A stretch of 64,000 nucleotides of DNA from contig NC_092679.1 in assembly GCF_964355755.1 (NCBI RefSeq), positions 12,693,432-12,757,431 on the forward strand. Direction: 5' to 3'. Positions 38,865 to 51,500 of this stretch are shown here, piece by piece. Below the pieces are notes generated by a model. The model was not told the origin of the DNA. It made no database searches and was given only the letters and a program-made list of their open reading frames with translations. The DNA is from Antedon mediterranea. Lineage: Eukaryota > Animalia > Echinodermata. Within the stretch, counting starts at the first letter, position 1; every line of letters begins with the position of its first letter. The position numbers and the translations under genes were made by a program.

Positions 38865-39879
38865 TATATCGTGAAGGGAAAATATAGAAGGACAGTATTT
38901 CCCCGATTTTTAACAGATCCTGTAAAAGAAAGCACAATTCAGGTACAAGAAAACGCCACGCTAGGTCTACAGCTAGCATACAATGTTCATACGTTACAGC
39001 TTGACATAAGCCCCGTCTATTGTCATTCAACACAAGCTATTAGGTAATACTAGCAGGAACCTGTGCTCCGCACGGTCTTTATCTGCCTTACTATGTGGTT
39101 ATAAACTTCACATGGGAGGAGTAAGTATAATAAATAATAATATATGATAAAAGTACTCTGACAATTTGTTACAATAAAAAAAAATTGTATCAAGAATAAA
39201 ATTTGCAAACATTGATTTTTTTTTTACACTATTCCTTGACTTTGAAATATCTGTAAGCTAAAAATTGAAAGCAATACTGGATATGGAACTTTAGACTTTA
39301 CTTTGACTGTTCAGACTTTACAAAAATAGAAGACGCTAAAGAAATATTGTGCTGTGTGAATATTATACTATGGTGCGCATCAGAAATTGACAATGTGCAT
39401 GTACATAAGAGGGACATGCAGTTTAAAATATTTCAATGATAAAATAAAAAAAAAATGGTAATTTATAGTGAGATGTATTAAATGATACAGCTGCTTACGG
39501 ACTTAAAATAAACACAAAAAATAACAATATGCTTTATTTAAACGCGAAAACTTGGCTCAACTAGCAGTTGTTTTTCTGCAAGGCCGCGTATAAAAACAAA
39601 AAGTTCATCAGATAAACATTGATAGGTGCTTGTGAAAAAATTACACCTTCATTCTGTGACGCTTCTCTTCAGGCATATGGTATTTAGACGGCGATAATAA
39701 AATCGTTGGGTTTGTAGCCTCAAAGACTAAATTCTAGTGCTATATTTGGACTTAGGTTAGCGAAAGCTGTGGCAATGGATATCAAATGTTCACCAGACTG
39801 TGATCAGACTGAACGATACTTTAATGTCCGTTCACTTGTTTAACTACACGTGCCGCACATTTGGATATTTCTCAAGTTT

Positions 39880-41670
39880 TATAGATTTTGTAGTAGAAGG
39901 GTTGTAGTAGAAGGGGTCAGCCAAAACTTGTACTGTCAGACAATGGTACAAATTTTGTTGGGGGTAAAAGGGAATTAAGTAAAGTAATGGAAATGTTGGA
40001 TTTTAGGAAAATTAAAAACTATATGACTCATGAAGGAATTGGATGGAGTTTTAATCCACCTTTAAATCCACATTGCACATGTCTAAAGAAAGTCTAATTA
40101 AATCATCCCAAAAAATCAATGATTGCAATATTAGGCAAGGATAATAGCAAAATTAACCTTAGAAAGAACTTACGAAACATTTTTGGAATAGATGGGTTAA
40201 AGAATGGCTACCTACAATGAATAAAAAAAAATGGAAAGATCACACTCATGACTTTAAAGTTAATGATATTGTTATTGTAAAAGATAGATTTAATGTGAGA
40301 GGACAATTGCCCAGCGGTGGGAGGCTGCAGGGGCTCTAGCCCCCTCGTTGGGGAGCCAAAGGCAAAAAGAGCCACTAGCTAGTTTTCTAAATTGTCTTAG
40401 CTCAGCCCCACTTTCGAGCTGGTCATAGATACTGTACTTACCGGTATACATTTCGTTTCATATTTCGAAGTATAATACAGTCAGTGCATTGTATGGGGAC
40501 CTATAAGCTCTATTTTTCAATTGTTTTTGTTTTAGCTCTATTTAACTCTATTTTTCTAAATGTTCTTAGCTCCATCCCAGCCTTGGTGGGCTGGTTCTCT
40601 GTAGACTTGTAATTTTGTTTCTTATGTATAATTGCAATTTCCGGGGACCTAGCAGCCCATGGGTGTTAGTCTCGCGCATTTATAATTTCCATACCCCTAG
40701 GCAGCAACCAGCCTACGTCTCTTCTATTAACGATATACTATAATGGCTACCCTAAATCTGATTAAAACGGCTTCAAATTACGCTAGAACGCATAGCTTTC
40801 GGGGGCCCTTGGCGGCCCCCAGCCTAGTGATGCTTGCATCACTCGCATAGCCCAACGCCCACCCATCGGGGAATTTAGCCCTGCGTCGGGGAATTCAGCC
40901 CCGCGTCGGGGAATTTAGCTCCACGTCGGAAAGATCTTGGCGCCACCACTGCAATCGCCATGTAGAATACTTGTTATCCTGGATTAGATAACCATGTTAG
41001 AGTTGTTAAAGTGGTGAATTCTTAAGAAATATTACGAAGATTTGTCATTTAGAAATGCTGCCGAGTTAGATTAAGTTGTTTGAATTGTAGTTATATGTGT
41101 TAAATGGAAAAATAATATATGCGATATAAAGTGAATATTAATTGAAAGAATAAAATGTTAAAATAAATAAAAGAAACAAGAATTAATTAATCAATGAATT
41201 GTACATAGATAAAATTAATTAAAAGAAACAAGAATTATTCAATGAATTGTACATACATAAAAATAAAATATAAACAAATAAACAAAAAATTAATTAAAAA
41301 ATGAAAAATCGAAATATTTATTTAAGTTCATTAAAGAAATATATAAATGAGAAGAAATTGAAACAAAATAAACAATGTATGGTAATAGACAAGGAGGGGG
41401 ACAATGTTCAGAAGAATAGTTGTATTGTAGTTGTTGCATGAATTCTTTCTTAGATGGTTGAACACCTTTCTGTAAATTAGTTACGAACGTGTATGCACGG
41501 CGTAGCGTGTGTTCAGTTCAGTTCTTTTTGTTGTTGCAGGCGAAAATTTATTCGATTATTGCAACAGTTTAACAAACTATTGTTCGCTCTTCAATTGTGA
41601 AGATTAAATTTCGGAGTAAACCTGTCACTATCCGACAGGGTTTACTAAATATATTGCATAAAACAAACAA
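39880..41670 (+). mobile_element. Decayed BEL/Pao integrase end with PPT and probable 3' LTR
   Basis: EGIGWSFNPPLNPH, RWVKEWLPT and DFKVNDIVIVKD..RGQ, interrupted by a hAT-like insert, then PGLDNHVRVVKV. A GGAGGGGG tract at ~41393 is followed by TGT at 41404. Confidence 0.65.
40312..40951. mobile_element. hAT-like non-autonomous element nested in the BEL/Pao relic
   Basis: CAGCGGTGG...CCACCACTG termini with 8-bp TSD CAATTGCC / CAATCGCC. Confidence 0.75.
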
Positions 41671-42754
41671 TAGGTGTAATTATTTAATTAATATTTTATA
41701 TCTTGCCCTTTTATAATACTAAATTCACAAAAAAAAAGTTTCAATTATTTAAAGGTATGGAAGACAGTATGGTAAAAAATTTGTCTTTGAACATATTGTT
41801 CCAATTTTCCTTAGGATAACAATATTTGTAATATTTTTGTTTTGTTTATGGATTATGAAATTTTCAATTTATGACTTACCTTGTAATACTATGTTTGAAC
41901 ACGAACCTTTTATGACTTTATCTTGTAATACATTAGTACAATATCTTACACTACCTTACGTACACTACCTTTTTATGATTACTATAAGTTCAAACACGAA
42001 CCTTTCATTACTTAACTTATAAGTTCACACACAAACATTTTATAACTTACCATGAAATAAGTTAAAACACAAACCTTTCATAACTTAACTTATAAGTTCA
42101 AACATGAACATTCTATAAATTATTTTGAAATAATTTTGCACAAAATTTATGTTTAATATTGTACTACATTGCACTTTTTAAAGCATGACCCTTTCACAAA
42201 TTATCTTGCATTACATTAACTGTTATGTAATAGGTGCTGAAAAATGACTTGAAATGTTCAAGTATGACAGGAATAATATTATTTTGTAATCTTTATGTTT
42301 GTAATAGATAGATATGCTTGTCATTTTGTTATGCATTTAAAAAACATACTACAGATTGACAAAATCTAGAAAAACCTACTCAAATCAGATCTACAAAACA
42401 TTGCACAGGTGCCCCAACAGTAAAAAATATCTATGTATTTTGTATTATTTGTATAAAAATCTGGGTCTGCTGCTCCAGACTAATAGGGTTGGGATATTTT
42501 TAAAATACTAACTAAAAATCGACACTACTCGCAAAGAGGCAGAATCGCATATATAATGCACTTATGCACTAAATGAATTAAATTACCATGTACAAGGTGA
42601 CAGTTTATGTTATTTTGTATTATTACAATGTTTACTCACTTTTCAATTTTTTTAAAGGACTCCATAAAACAAAATTCCTACGTTGTCATTTTAAAATGCC
42701 AGAAAACAAGATTTTGAAAATAAAGCTATTTAATGCTAAAACAACTTTTTAAAG

Positions 42755-45515
42755 ATTATCCACGAGACTGCACTGACATACTTGAAAGCAACAGTGAAGC
42801 AACAAGTGGTGCTTACATGATCAATATTCATGATGGAGGTGAACCATTCAGAGTTTACTGCGATATGGACACTGATGGAGGTGGATGGACGGTAGGTTTA
42901 ATCAATAAGACACATAATATTCATGGATGCATATACATAAACTGGAGCAAGTTGGGTGGTCCTGTAATTAAGAGAATCTAAGTAGATCAGAAAATGAAAT
43001 TATAAGCAAAACATTTTCTTTACCTCGAAACATTGCAGTATAGGAATAGTAAATTTTCAATATTCTTGCGATAATGTACTCAGGTTAGCTTTCTATTACA
43101 ATTATTATTATATTTTATGAAGATTTTTCAGAGACGAGAAGATGGATCTATGGATTTCTATAGAAATTGGGCAGCGTACAAGGCAGGGTTCGGGAATGTT
43201 AATGGTGAGCACTGGCTTGGTAATGATAACATTCATCGTCTTACGTCTGATGGTCACTTTGAATTGAGAGTGGACATGTCAACATTTGAAGGAGGCCCAG
43301 CATACGCTCACTATGACAACTTTCGAATAGGTGATGAGAAAAGTAACTACATACTGACATTTGGCACTTACAGTGGCAATGCAGGTAGGGTTTAGCTAAT
43401 TATTGTCTAATGTTAATGTTCCCACCTAACTCTCATACTTCTTTAATCCACACTTTTCAATTATCTGATGATCTTTTATCCTACCGTTTCTAGTTCGTTT
43501 CATACTTTTATGTGTTTTTATTAATTTCTCGAGTGTGTAGAAAACTGTCCGTTGTTTCACTCCCGCACTGCTTGTCAGAAATGTCTTTCATACGCAACAT
43601 TTTTCTTTGGCATATAATAAAAATTCAGCGCTTCTGGTTCTTTTTCATATGTGTCATCTTCTTAAAATAGCCCTGTCTGCTGATTATTTTCTACATTCTA
43701 CCATTATAAATAACTCAAATGCCAAGTGCTTGGCCATATCTGTCATTTCAAAACTAGGGATTGAGTTTACCGTATATTTCGGTGTATAAGTCGCACTTTT
43801 GACACGCAAATTTGACCTCTAAATTAAGGGTGCGTCTTATACACCGAACATAAATGCCTCACCACCACACAGAGTGTACATATCGTCACCTCGTTGGCTA
43901 GGCATGAGTAGGCTAGGCCTAGCTACAGTGTACTAACGTAACGGCAACCTGCTTCTGCCTAGTTTTCAAGGCATTTTAGCGTGATGTTATACTAAATATG
44001 ATAAAAAATTTGTTTATTATGGAGCTGTTTTAGGCGCTCCGATAAAATTTCATTTGTAAACGTTTACGATTGGAATAGGCCTAGGCCTAGTATTTAATTA
44101 TAGTTATACGCACGATCGCCGACCGCCGTACCCCCAGCGCAAGCCCTTCTTGGCGGCCACATGTTGTACGGTATTCGATTAGTATATTCTCCAGGTGATT
44201 ATAGCATGGACCTAGCGTACACACTTCTCGGATACATAGATACTAATCGAATACGATTTTCCGTGAAAACGTGCGCCCTCTCGAAATGATCGAGAGAGGC
44301 TAGCCCACACACGTGCGTGTTACACACACGGTCATGCACTCAATGTTGCGGGTGCGAAACTCATGAATAACAAGTTAGAAACAACTTGTTGAGGCTCGGC
44401 GCGGCCGAGCCTAGGTAAGAAAAAACCTAAATAAAGGACGCCGTTGTAGATATAACAAAATATATTATTAAAATAATATTGATTACAATTTAAAAAAAAC
44501 ATTTTTTTGATGAAATATAAGGTGCGTCTTATAGATCGACGATATAAAAAATACCGATATTTTACTCTCAGTTAGGGGGTGCGTCTTATACACAGGTGAG
44601 ACTTATACACGGAAATATACGGTACTTAAAAAGCCACAATTTATATATAATTTTTATATATAAAAAACTTTTGTAAAGTAATGGTTTTTGCTTCACTTTG
44701 ATATTTATTTGTTGTAATTCAATGTAAACTAATATTTAATTTAATTGATATTTGTATACCCATTTGTACTGTCTTAGTAGTAATTACAATTGTACTGTCA
44801 ACACAGCCTTGTATAGTAACACCAAATAATAGTGAAACAAACTATTTGTGTTTAAAGGAAGTTATAATAATAATAATAAAAATAAAATAATAATAATAAT
44901 ACCACCAACTTACTATTTATTACTATTTAACATCTATATTCAGTTTACTAACAAATTGACTTGATTTCTTTAATATTTCATATAACGACACTTTATCTTC
45001 CACAAGATTTATATACTATATATATATAACATGTTTTTATTCTTCATAAGGTAGAGTTACTTTAATTTTAGTATTGAGGATATTACGTTATATGAGTGCC
45101 ATGCACTCCTAAAATGCATGTTTTATGCAGGCGATCCGATCAATAGTCACCTCTCTAGCTCTAAGGATTGAAATTGCTATACTACATCATCAATAATATT
45201 CCTCATTTCAAGTATAGGGCCTACTAATAATAAATTTTCAATGATTGCATAAAAAAACAAATTTTGTATCAAGGTAATTTAAAAAAATGATTTTATTTTA
45301 GGAGACTCATTGGCGACCAAGACAATGACTCGTCTTCACGATGTGCTGTGGATTTCAAAGGAGCCTGGTGGTATGGTTCCAATCATGATTCAAATCTGAA
45401 TGGATTGTACTTGGGTGGTATAAATAGTCAGTCTCACCAAGGTGTGATTTGGGCACATTATAAAGGAGATAACTACTCCTTGAAAACTACTGTGATGAAG
45501 ATACGTAGAGTTTAA
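42755..45515 (+). pseudogene. FReD paralog B: frameshifted exon 4, exon 1 not found
   Basis: Exons 42755-42891, 43123-43384 and 45302-45515. A 31-nt deletion after GDSL removes the xxHNNxxFSTF segment and shifts the frame. The conserved Cys-His is changed to Asn-His. Confidence 0.9.
43770..44622. mobile_element. Tc1/mariner-pogo type MITE in the last intron of FReD B
   Basis: TA|CCGTATATTTCGGTGTATAAGTCGCAC...GTGAGACTTATACACGGAAATATACGG|TA. Confidence 0.9.
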
Positions 45516-46397
45516 TTCTACTGTTTGAGTATTGACACATGGTATAGAATAAGGTTGAAAGGAATGATATCTCTTTTAATATTATTTTCTTTTATCTAAG
45601 TTTAATAACAAATTAGAAATTGAATATTTAATGATGACATCTACTAATATCAATAAACCAAGAAATGTATTCAGACTTGTTAAACTTGTTATAATCTATT
45701 GACCGAATTAATTACAGTACTAAATTATAATCAAGTGTTATTCTTGGATTTCTGAAATATAAACAAAAGTGCAAAGTATGAAATGTGTTTTATTTCATGG
45801 TATGCTTATATGTTGGATGTTTTTAACAAGCCACAGTAACGAACATTGTGGACGCTACCAATATTTTTTATTCAACTTAAAATTATTCAGAAAATCATGG
45901 AGTTATCTATACAGTATTATATAATAATAATAGTAGAGTTCAATTTAATATAGCGAAAAATGCAGGGCCTCTAAGAAAATAACAAAAGATAATGATGATA
46001 GTGAAAATTAAAAAGGTGGGATTTGAGGAGTTTTTTTAATGTGGTGAGACCGTTTGTGATCGGTTAATACTCACAGTAGCAACCGGTACACGCGCGACGC
46101 ACTGAACATCCGGTGATTCGGCTCGAAGAAGACGAATTATTATTTATTCGGCCTACCTGATAATATTATTATTAATAATGTAGGCTTATTGATGGAAATT
46201 CTTCTGTTATTATTTAAACGACCTAGGCTAGTGAATATTTTATTGCCAAGGAATCATTAATTAGTAATTATCTGTATATTATTCTTCGCAAGGTAAGGTG
46301 TCTAGGCAGCTTGTTTACATACAATACAAAAAGGAGGCCTAGTCTAGCTACCCGACCCAGCAGATATTCTACTTGTTGTTGGCTACGTAATATAACA

Positions 46398-46570
46398 GAT
46401 ATCGCCTTTTATATCGGTAAAATATAAGATTTAACATCCCCTCGGGATGATATTATGTTCTCGGGGAATTATATATATTATTATTATATATATTATATAT
46501 ATTCCCTCAAACATAATATCATTCCCTTGGGGATGTCAATCTTATATTTCACCTCTAACAGGCAATATAT
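46398..46570. repeat. ~170-bp imperfect palindrome (MITE-like hairpin)
   Basis: AAATATAAGATTTAACATCCCCTCGGGATGATATTATGTT pairs with AACATAATATCATTCCCTTGGGGATGTCAATCTTATATTT around an AT-rich loop. Confidence 0.75.
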
Positions 46571-48530
46571 GTATAATATATTATGCACCCATTTACATAT
46601 GATTTTATCAACGATTTTACAGGAAAAGGGGGTACAAATCAACATTAAAAATCGTTAAAATCTTCAATTTTTTGTCAAAGTTGAACCGAGTTCAACTTCA
46701 ATGTTACGATCGGTAAAACTGACTGACCAATCAAATAGTTCATACATTAATTACGTCATCATAGTTTGTAGAGAAATTTACGTCCATGTATCCCAGCAAC
46801 GTCGAAAGAACCAAGAAACCATTAACGATCGCGTAAAAAATGTGTAAAAATTTGCAGTCCGGCTCGATCATCGTTATCGTTTGAATTGAAAATTTAACGC
46901 AGCTAGTCGTAACGTTTCGTCGACGGGAAAACAGGCTTTAGGCTGTTGCCGCAAAAGAAAACAGTTCCGTAGGCCTATATTAAATATGGTCTATAAAACC
47001 CACTATATTTAGATAATTGTATGACAAGAATCGACTGGCCAAAACGCCTCAGATGCTATCTCCGTGCGTCTAGAAAAAAGGACCTCTCTAGGACACCCTT
47101 AGACGATTATTTTCCCATATTGGCCCCCTTTTTATCAAAATTCACTTCACTCTTAAATATTTCCATACGGGGAGGTGCCGCATTTACAGGTATATTTTCG
47201 AGGGCCTGGTAGCACAAGTGTGGGAAAATATGGAGAGTTGGTAGCACAAGTGTGGGAAATGAGAGGGTGAAATTAGTAGTTTAAGTCCCTGGCCCGCCCA
47301 CCCGTGTCAAAATGTCAGGATTTATCCCAAAATTTTGCAGGGATTTTAGCATACTGGATGCTATAAGCCCGGCTATATAAGTCCCATCGTGGGGCCCATC
47401 CAACGCTAAATACCTTTGAATAGAGTTTTCACATCAGCAGAACACGAAATATAGTATGCCGGCCTAGGATAAAATCATTCAACTGTGACCACTCTTGATC
47501 AGCATCGTCATGCACCCCCCGCGGACGCGCGATAAACTTGTCAAAATTTGCAATGTCTCTTTGGCCATGCGCAGATCATGCCGGGAACCAGTACAAATAT
47601 TGCGCCCTCTCTGGCGTGGCCTTGTTTCTGCCGTCTTTTTAGAGCACACTGGATTTTGGTAAATGGTAGTTCAAGTCCGTAGTACAGTATTTTTCAGTAA
47701 AACAGGTAGCTCAAGTGCCTCATGTCTTGAAGTGGCTGCGGCACCCACCTGTTTGGTTTATATACACGTGATCCCCCCGGGGCTAGACACCATCCCAGAT
47801 GATGCTCATGATTCATGTTTGGCTTGTTGTGCCAAATATTTTTGTTTACATTTTCTCTCACCTCTTCCTACGAGGCATGTTGAGAAACAATGTCGAAAAT
47901 AGCGCACAAAAAGCTTAAAATGTGCACTCTGTAGTATCTGAAATGAACTCGAATGATACTAGGCCTACCCCTCATGCTGCTACTGATCGGCCAGTGGATA
48001 TTTCTATTTATATCCGAAAGGACCACCCAGGATTGAGGCGGACATTGCGGCTTATGTTGTTTTCCATATCGCAAACGCATTTAAAACAATATAGTGGTCT
48101 TTCGTTATTATGATGCACCAACTACAATACACTGTTTAAGTACGAAATTCATTCTGCACATGTGCGTATAAAATACTGACATTTTGTATATATCAACAAC
48201 TTGAGACTTATCGGATAGGCATACATACTGATGTACTGAATGATATTCCATTGGATATTATTTGTTTTATTTATTAGTTATTTCCATGTTTTACGGATTG
48301 TATTGTTTGTATAATAGATTTGTATTACACAAAGTGCTTACAAATGCTAATTTAGAATCAACCATTTATGTAGCCCACTTGACTGCTAGGAAACTCTCAG
48401 CTGAAAATGATACATAAATAGAGCTGACTGGGGCTACCTTCCATAAATTGATTACGGCTTTCTGATATTAAGACAGGACTCCCGGCTTATATATCAGACA
48501 GGTAGTTTGGTGACTGTGAAGGTGGAAAAG

Positions 48531-51500
48531 ATGCTAGGAAGATGTTTCCTACTGTCACTGGTGGTGACTCTGGCACTCAGCTATGTTGTAGAGAATGAAG
48601 AACTGGATGGTGTTTCTCAATTAATTGTTATAAAAAATGGATGTGGCGATGAGACAAAAAGAAAGGGTATGGCATTCTTTATAATATATATGTATATCCT
48701 AGAGTTGTTGAGGGATATAGACTAAATAGTTATATTTAGTTCATATTTGTGTCATCATCTCATTTTGTATTTAATTTACGCCGTTCCACAATAGTTTTTA
48801 TTCAACACTATTTCAAAGAGAAAAATATTAAAATCATATACTGTAAAGAAAGTCATAAAGGTTAATGTTAAGTCCGTGTTTGAACTTATTACAAGTGTAA
48901 TAAGTTCAGTCCTAAATGGTAAATTCTAACTTATTACAAGATAAGGCCGACATAAAAGTTTTGTGTTTCAAACTTATTACAAGATAGTCATACTGTAGGT
49001 CTGTTCAAATGCATTACAAGATAGTTATAAGGTTAGTGTTTGAACTTAATATTTTTTTTTTTTTATTTATTTTTTTTTTATTCAGTATATTACACAGAGG
49101 CGCCTTACAAGATGGAACCATCTTAGCTTCAGGGCGCCTCAGATTAACAAATACAACATTTTAAAACAACTAACAGAAACATCAATTAAATCAATTAATA
49201 TTACAAATTAAGTGTCCAAATATACAAATACATTAGCAAATAAACAGATTACATAACATAATATTGTCGAACACGAACTTTTATGTTTTTGTATGTGCTA
49301 ATCCAAATATCAAGTTGATCTGTGTGTTTAAAATATAACAATAACAATATAATCACTGATCTGTATCTTTAACCAGGTGGTAGTTTATGCAAATTAGAAC
49401 TTACTATGCTGTATGCTTGTGGAGTGATTAGTTCACTTGTGATATGTAGCTTGTTGGGTAAAACACAAGAACAACTTAGCCTGAAGTTAGACTGAGATTA
49501 AGAGACTTACAAAGTTAGAGTGAGACCTAGTTTAAGGCTTACTTTAGAAGCTTAAAGTTAGACTGAAATAGTGAAATATCTCTATGGACTGAATTATATA
49601 GTTTTAGAGGCTTCACTTAGCAGCCTAAAGTTTTAGCGAGGTCTGGAGTTTTAGTTTAGTCGTAGGCCTACCTAGTGAGACACTGGCATATTTATTTATT
49701 TTATTTATTTATTTATTTATTAAAGATCCAACAATATCTATTATGTAGACTATTATTTTTTTGTAAACCTTTTCAAAGGTTATCCACAGGATTGCACCAA
49801 CATACTTGAGCGCAACAGCAAAGCCAAAAGTGGTGCTTACATGATCAACATTCATGATGGAGGTGAACCATTCCGTGTTTACTGCGATATGGACACTAAT
49901 GGAGGCGGATGGACAGTAAGGCTAAACCAGTATAGTACGTTAATAGACTGGGGCTATTTATGTTTAATTTAAGAGTATCAAGTAGATTGAAATAAACATT
50001 TCAGTGACACCTTAGGCTTACAGTGCAATTGATACGAATACTATTAAACATAATTTCAATCTTCCAAAATCCTGCCATTAAGATATCAGCATTTTATTAC
50101 ATTTTAACAGTTTCTTTTGTTTTAAACCTTTGTTGTAAAGGTCTTTCAAAGACGAGAAGATGGATCCATGAATTTCTTTAGAAATTGGGCAACATACAAG
50201 GCAGGGTTTGGGAATGTTAATAGTGAGCATTGGCTTGGTAATGATAACATTCATCGCCTTACATCTGATGGTCACTTTGAATTAAGAGTGGACATGTCCA
50301 CCTTTGAGGGAGAATCTGCCTATGCTCACTACGACAACTTCCGAATAGGTGATGAGGAAAGTAACTACAAACTGATATGTGGTAACTACAGTGGTAATGC
50401 AGGTAGGTATAGGCCCACTAAACTAGACTAGTCTTACTTCCATGATGATCCACATATTAGCATGATAGCAGATAATACTTCGTAGTATTGTCCAATATCT
50501 AAAAAGATGATCTATATATATCATTTAAAATATTTATTTTTGACTGACATGCACAAAATATTGTACAAGAGAATACAGATGCGTGTACACTTTATAATAA
50601 ATAAAATAACTTAGATCATAGAAATATTATAGTGAACAATGTCTCTCTGCTTATATATTAGTCCAGTCAATCTAGTGATATTTAGAGGTAAACCCACCAC
50701 AAATTGCAATAGTAATGAAACAATAATTTTTTCATTCCAAATGTAGTTTATAATGACATATTAAAAGTCACCGAAAATTGAAGCATTGGAACACATTATT
50801 TTTTACGTAATCTCAACAACTATATAGTGATTATTCCATAAATATTTTGGGGTAGGGGGTAACATATACCCATAACTTGTGGTTTTATAATCCAATCTCA
50901 ATAATCTTGATATCAATGTGTAGAATATATATTTCTTTCTAATATGCAATTTAAAAAAACAAAATACAACATTTATTTATATAACTAGAGGTCAAAAGGT
51001 TATTGACCTTTTACAAAAACTCATTTTTTTCCTTAAAAAATGATTAACTGTAATATTGTGCCATAATTGTATATGCATTTAATCAAAATTGTGTTTTATC
51101 TGTACCTATCGATATATAAAAAAGGAAACATGAGTTAACTAGAAGAATTTTAAAAGTAATGATGTACTATTCTTATTGAAATTGATCAAATGTAAACAAT
51201 TTTGGGGTAGGGGGTAGCGTTTATGCCTATAATCCATTGTTTTATAATCATATCTAAATAGCTTTAGTACCAAATGTGTAGAGTATATATATTCTACTAA
51301 TAATATACATTAAAAAAACAATACAACAGTTATACATAACTAGAGGTCAAAAGGTCATTGACCTTTTACAAAAACTCAAATTTTCTTAAAATAGCGTAAA
51401 ACTAAATTATGTTTATATATATTATATTTATATTTTGGAAGTATTTGATGCAAATAATGTTTTTCCTGTACCTATTGTATCGTCATGAAATAGGACAAAT

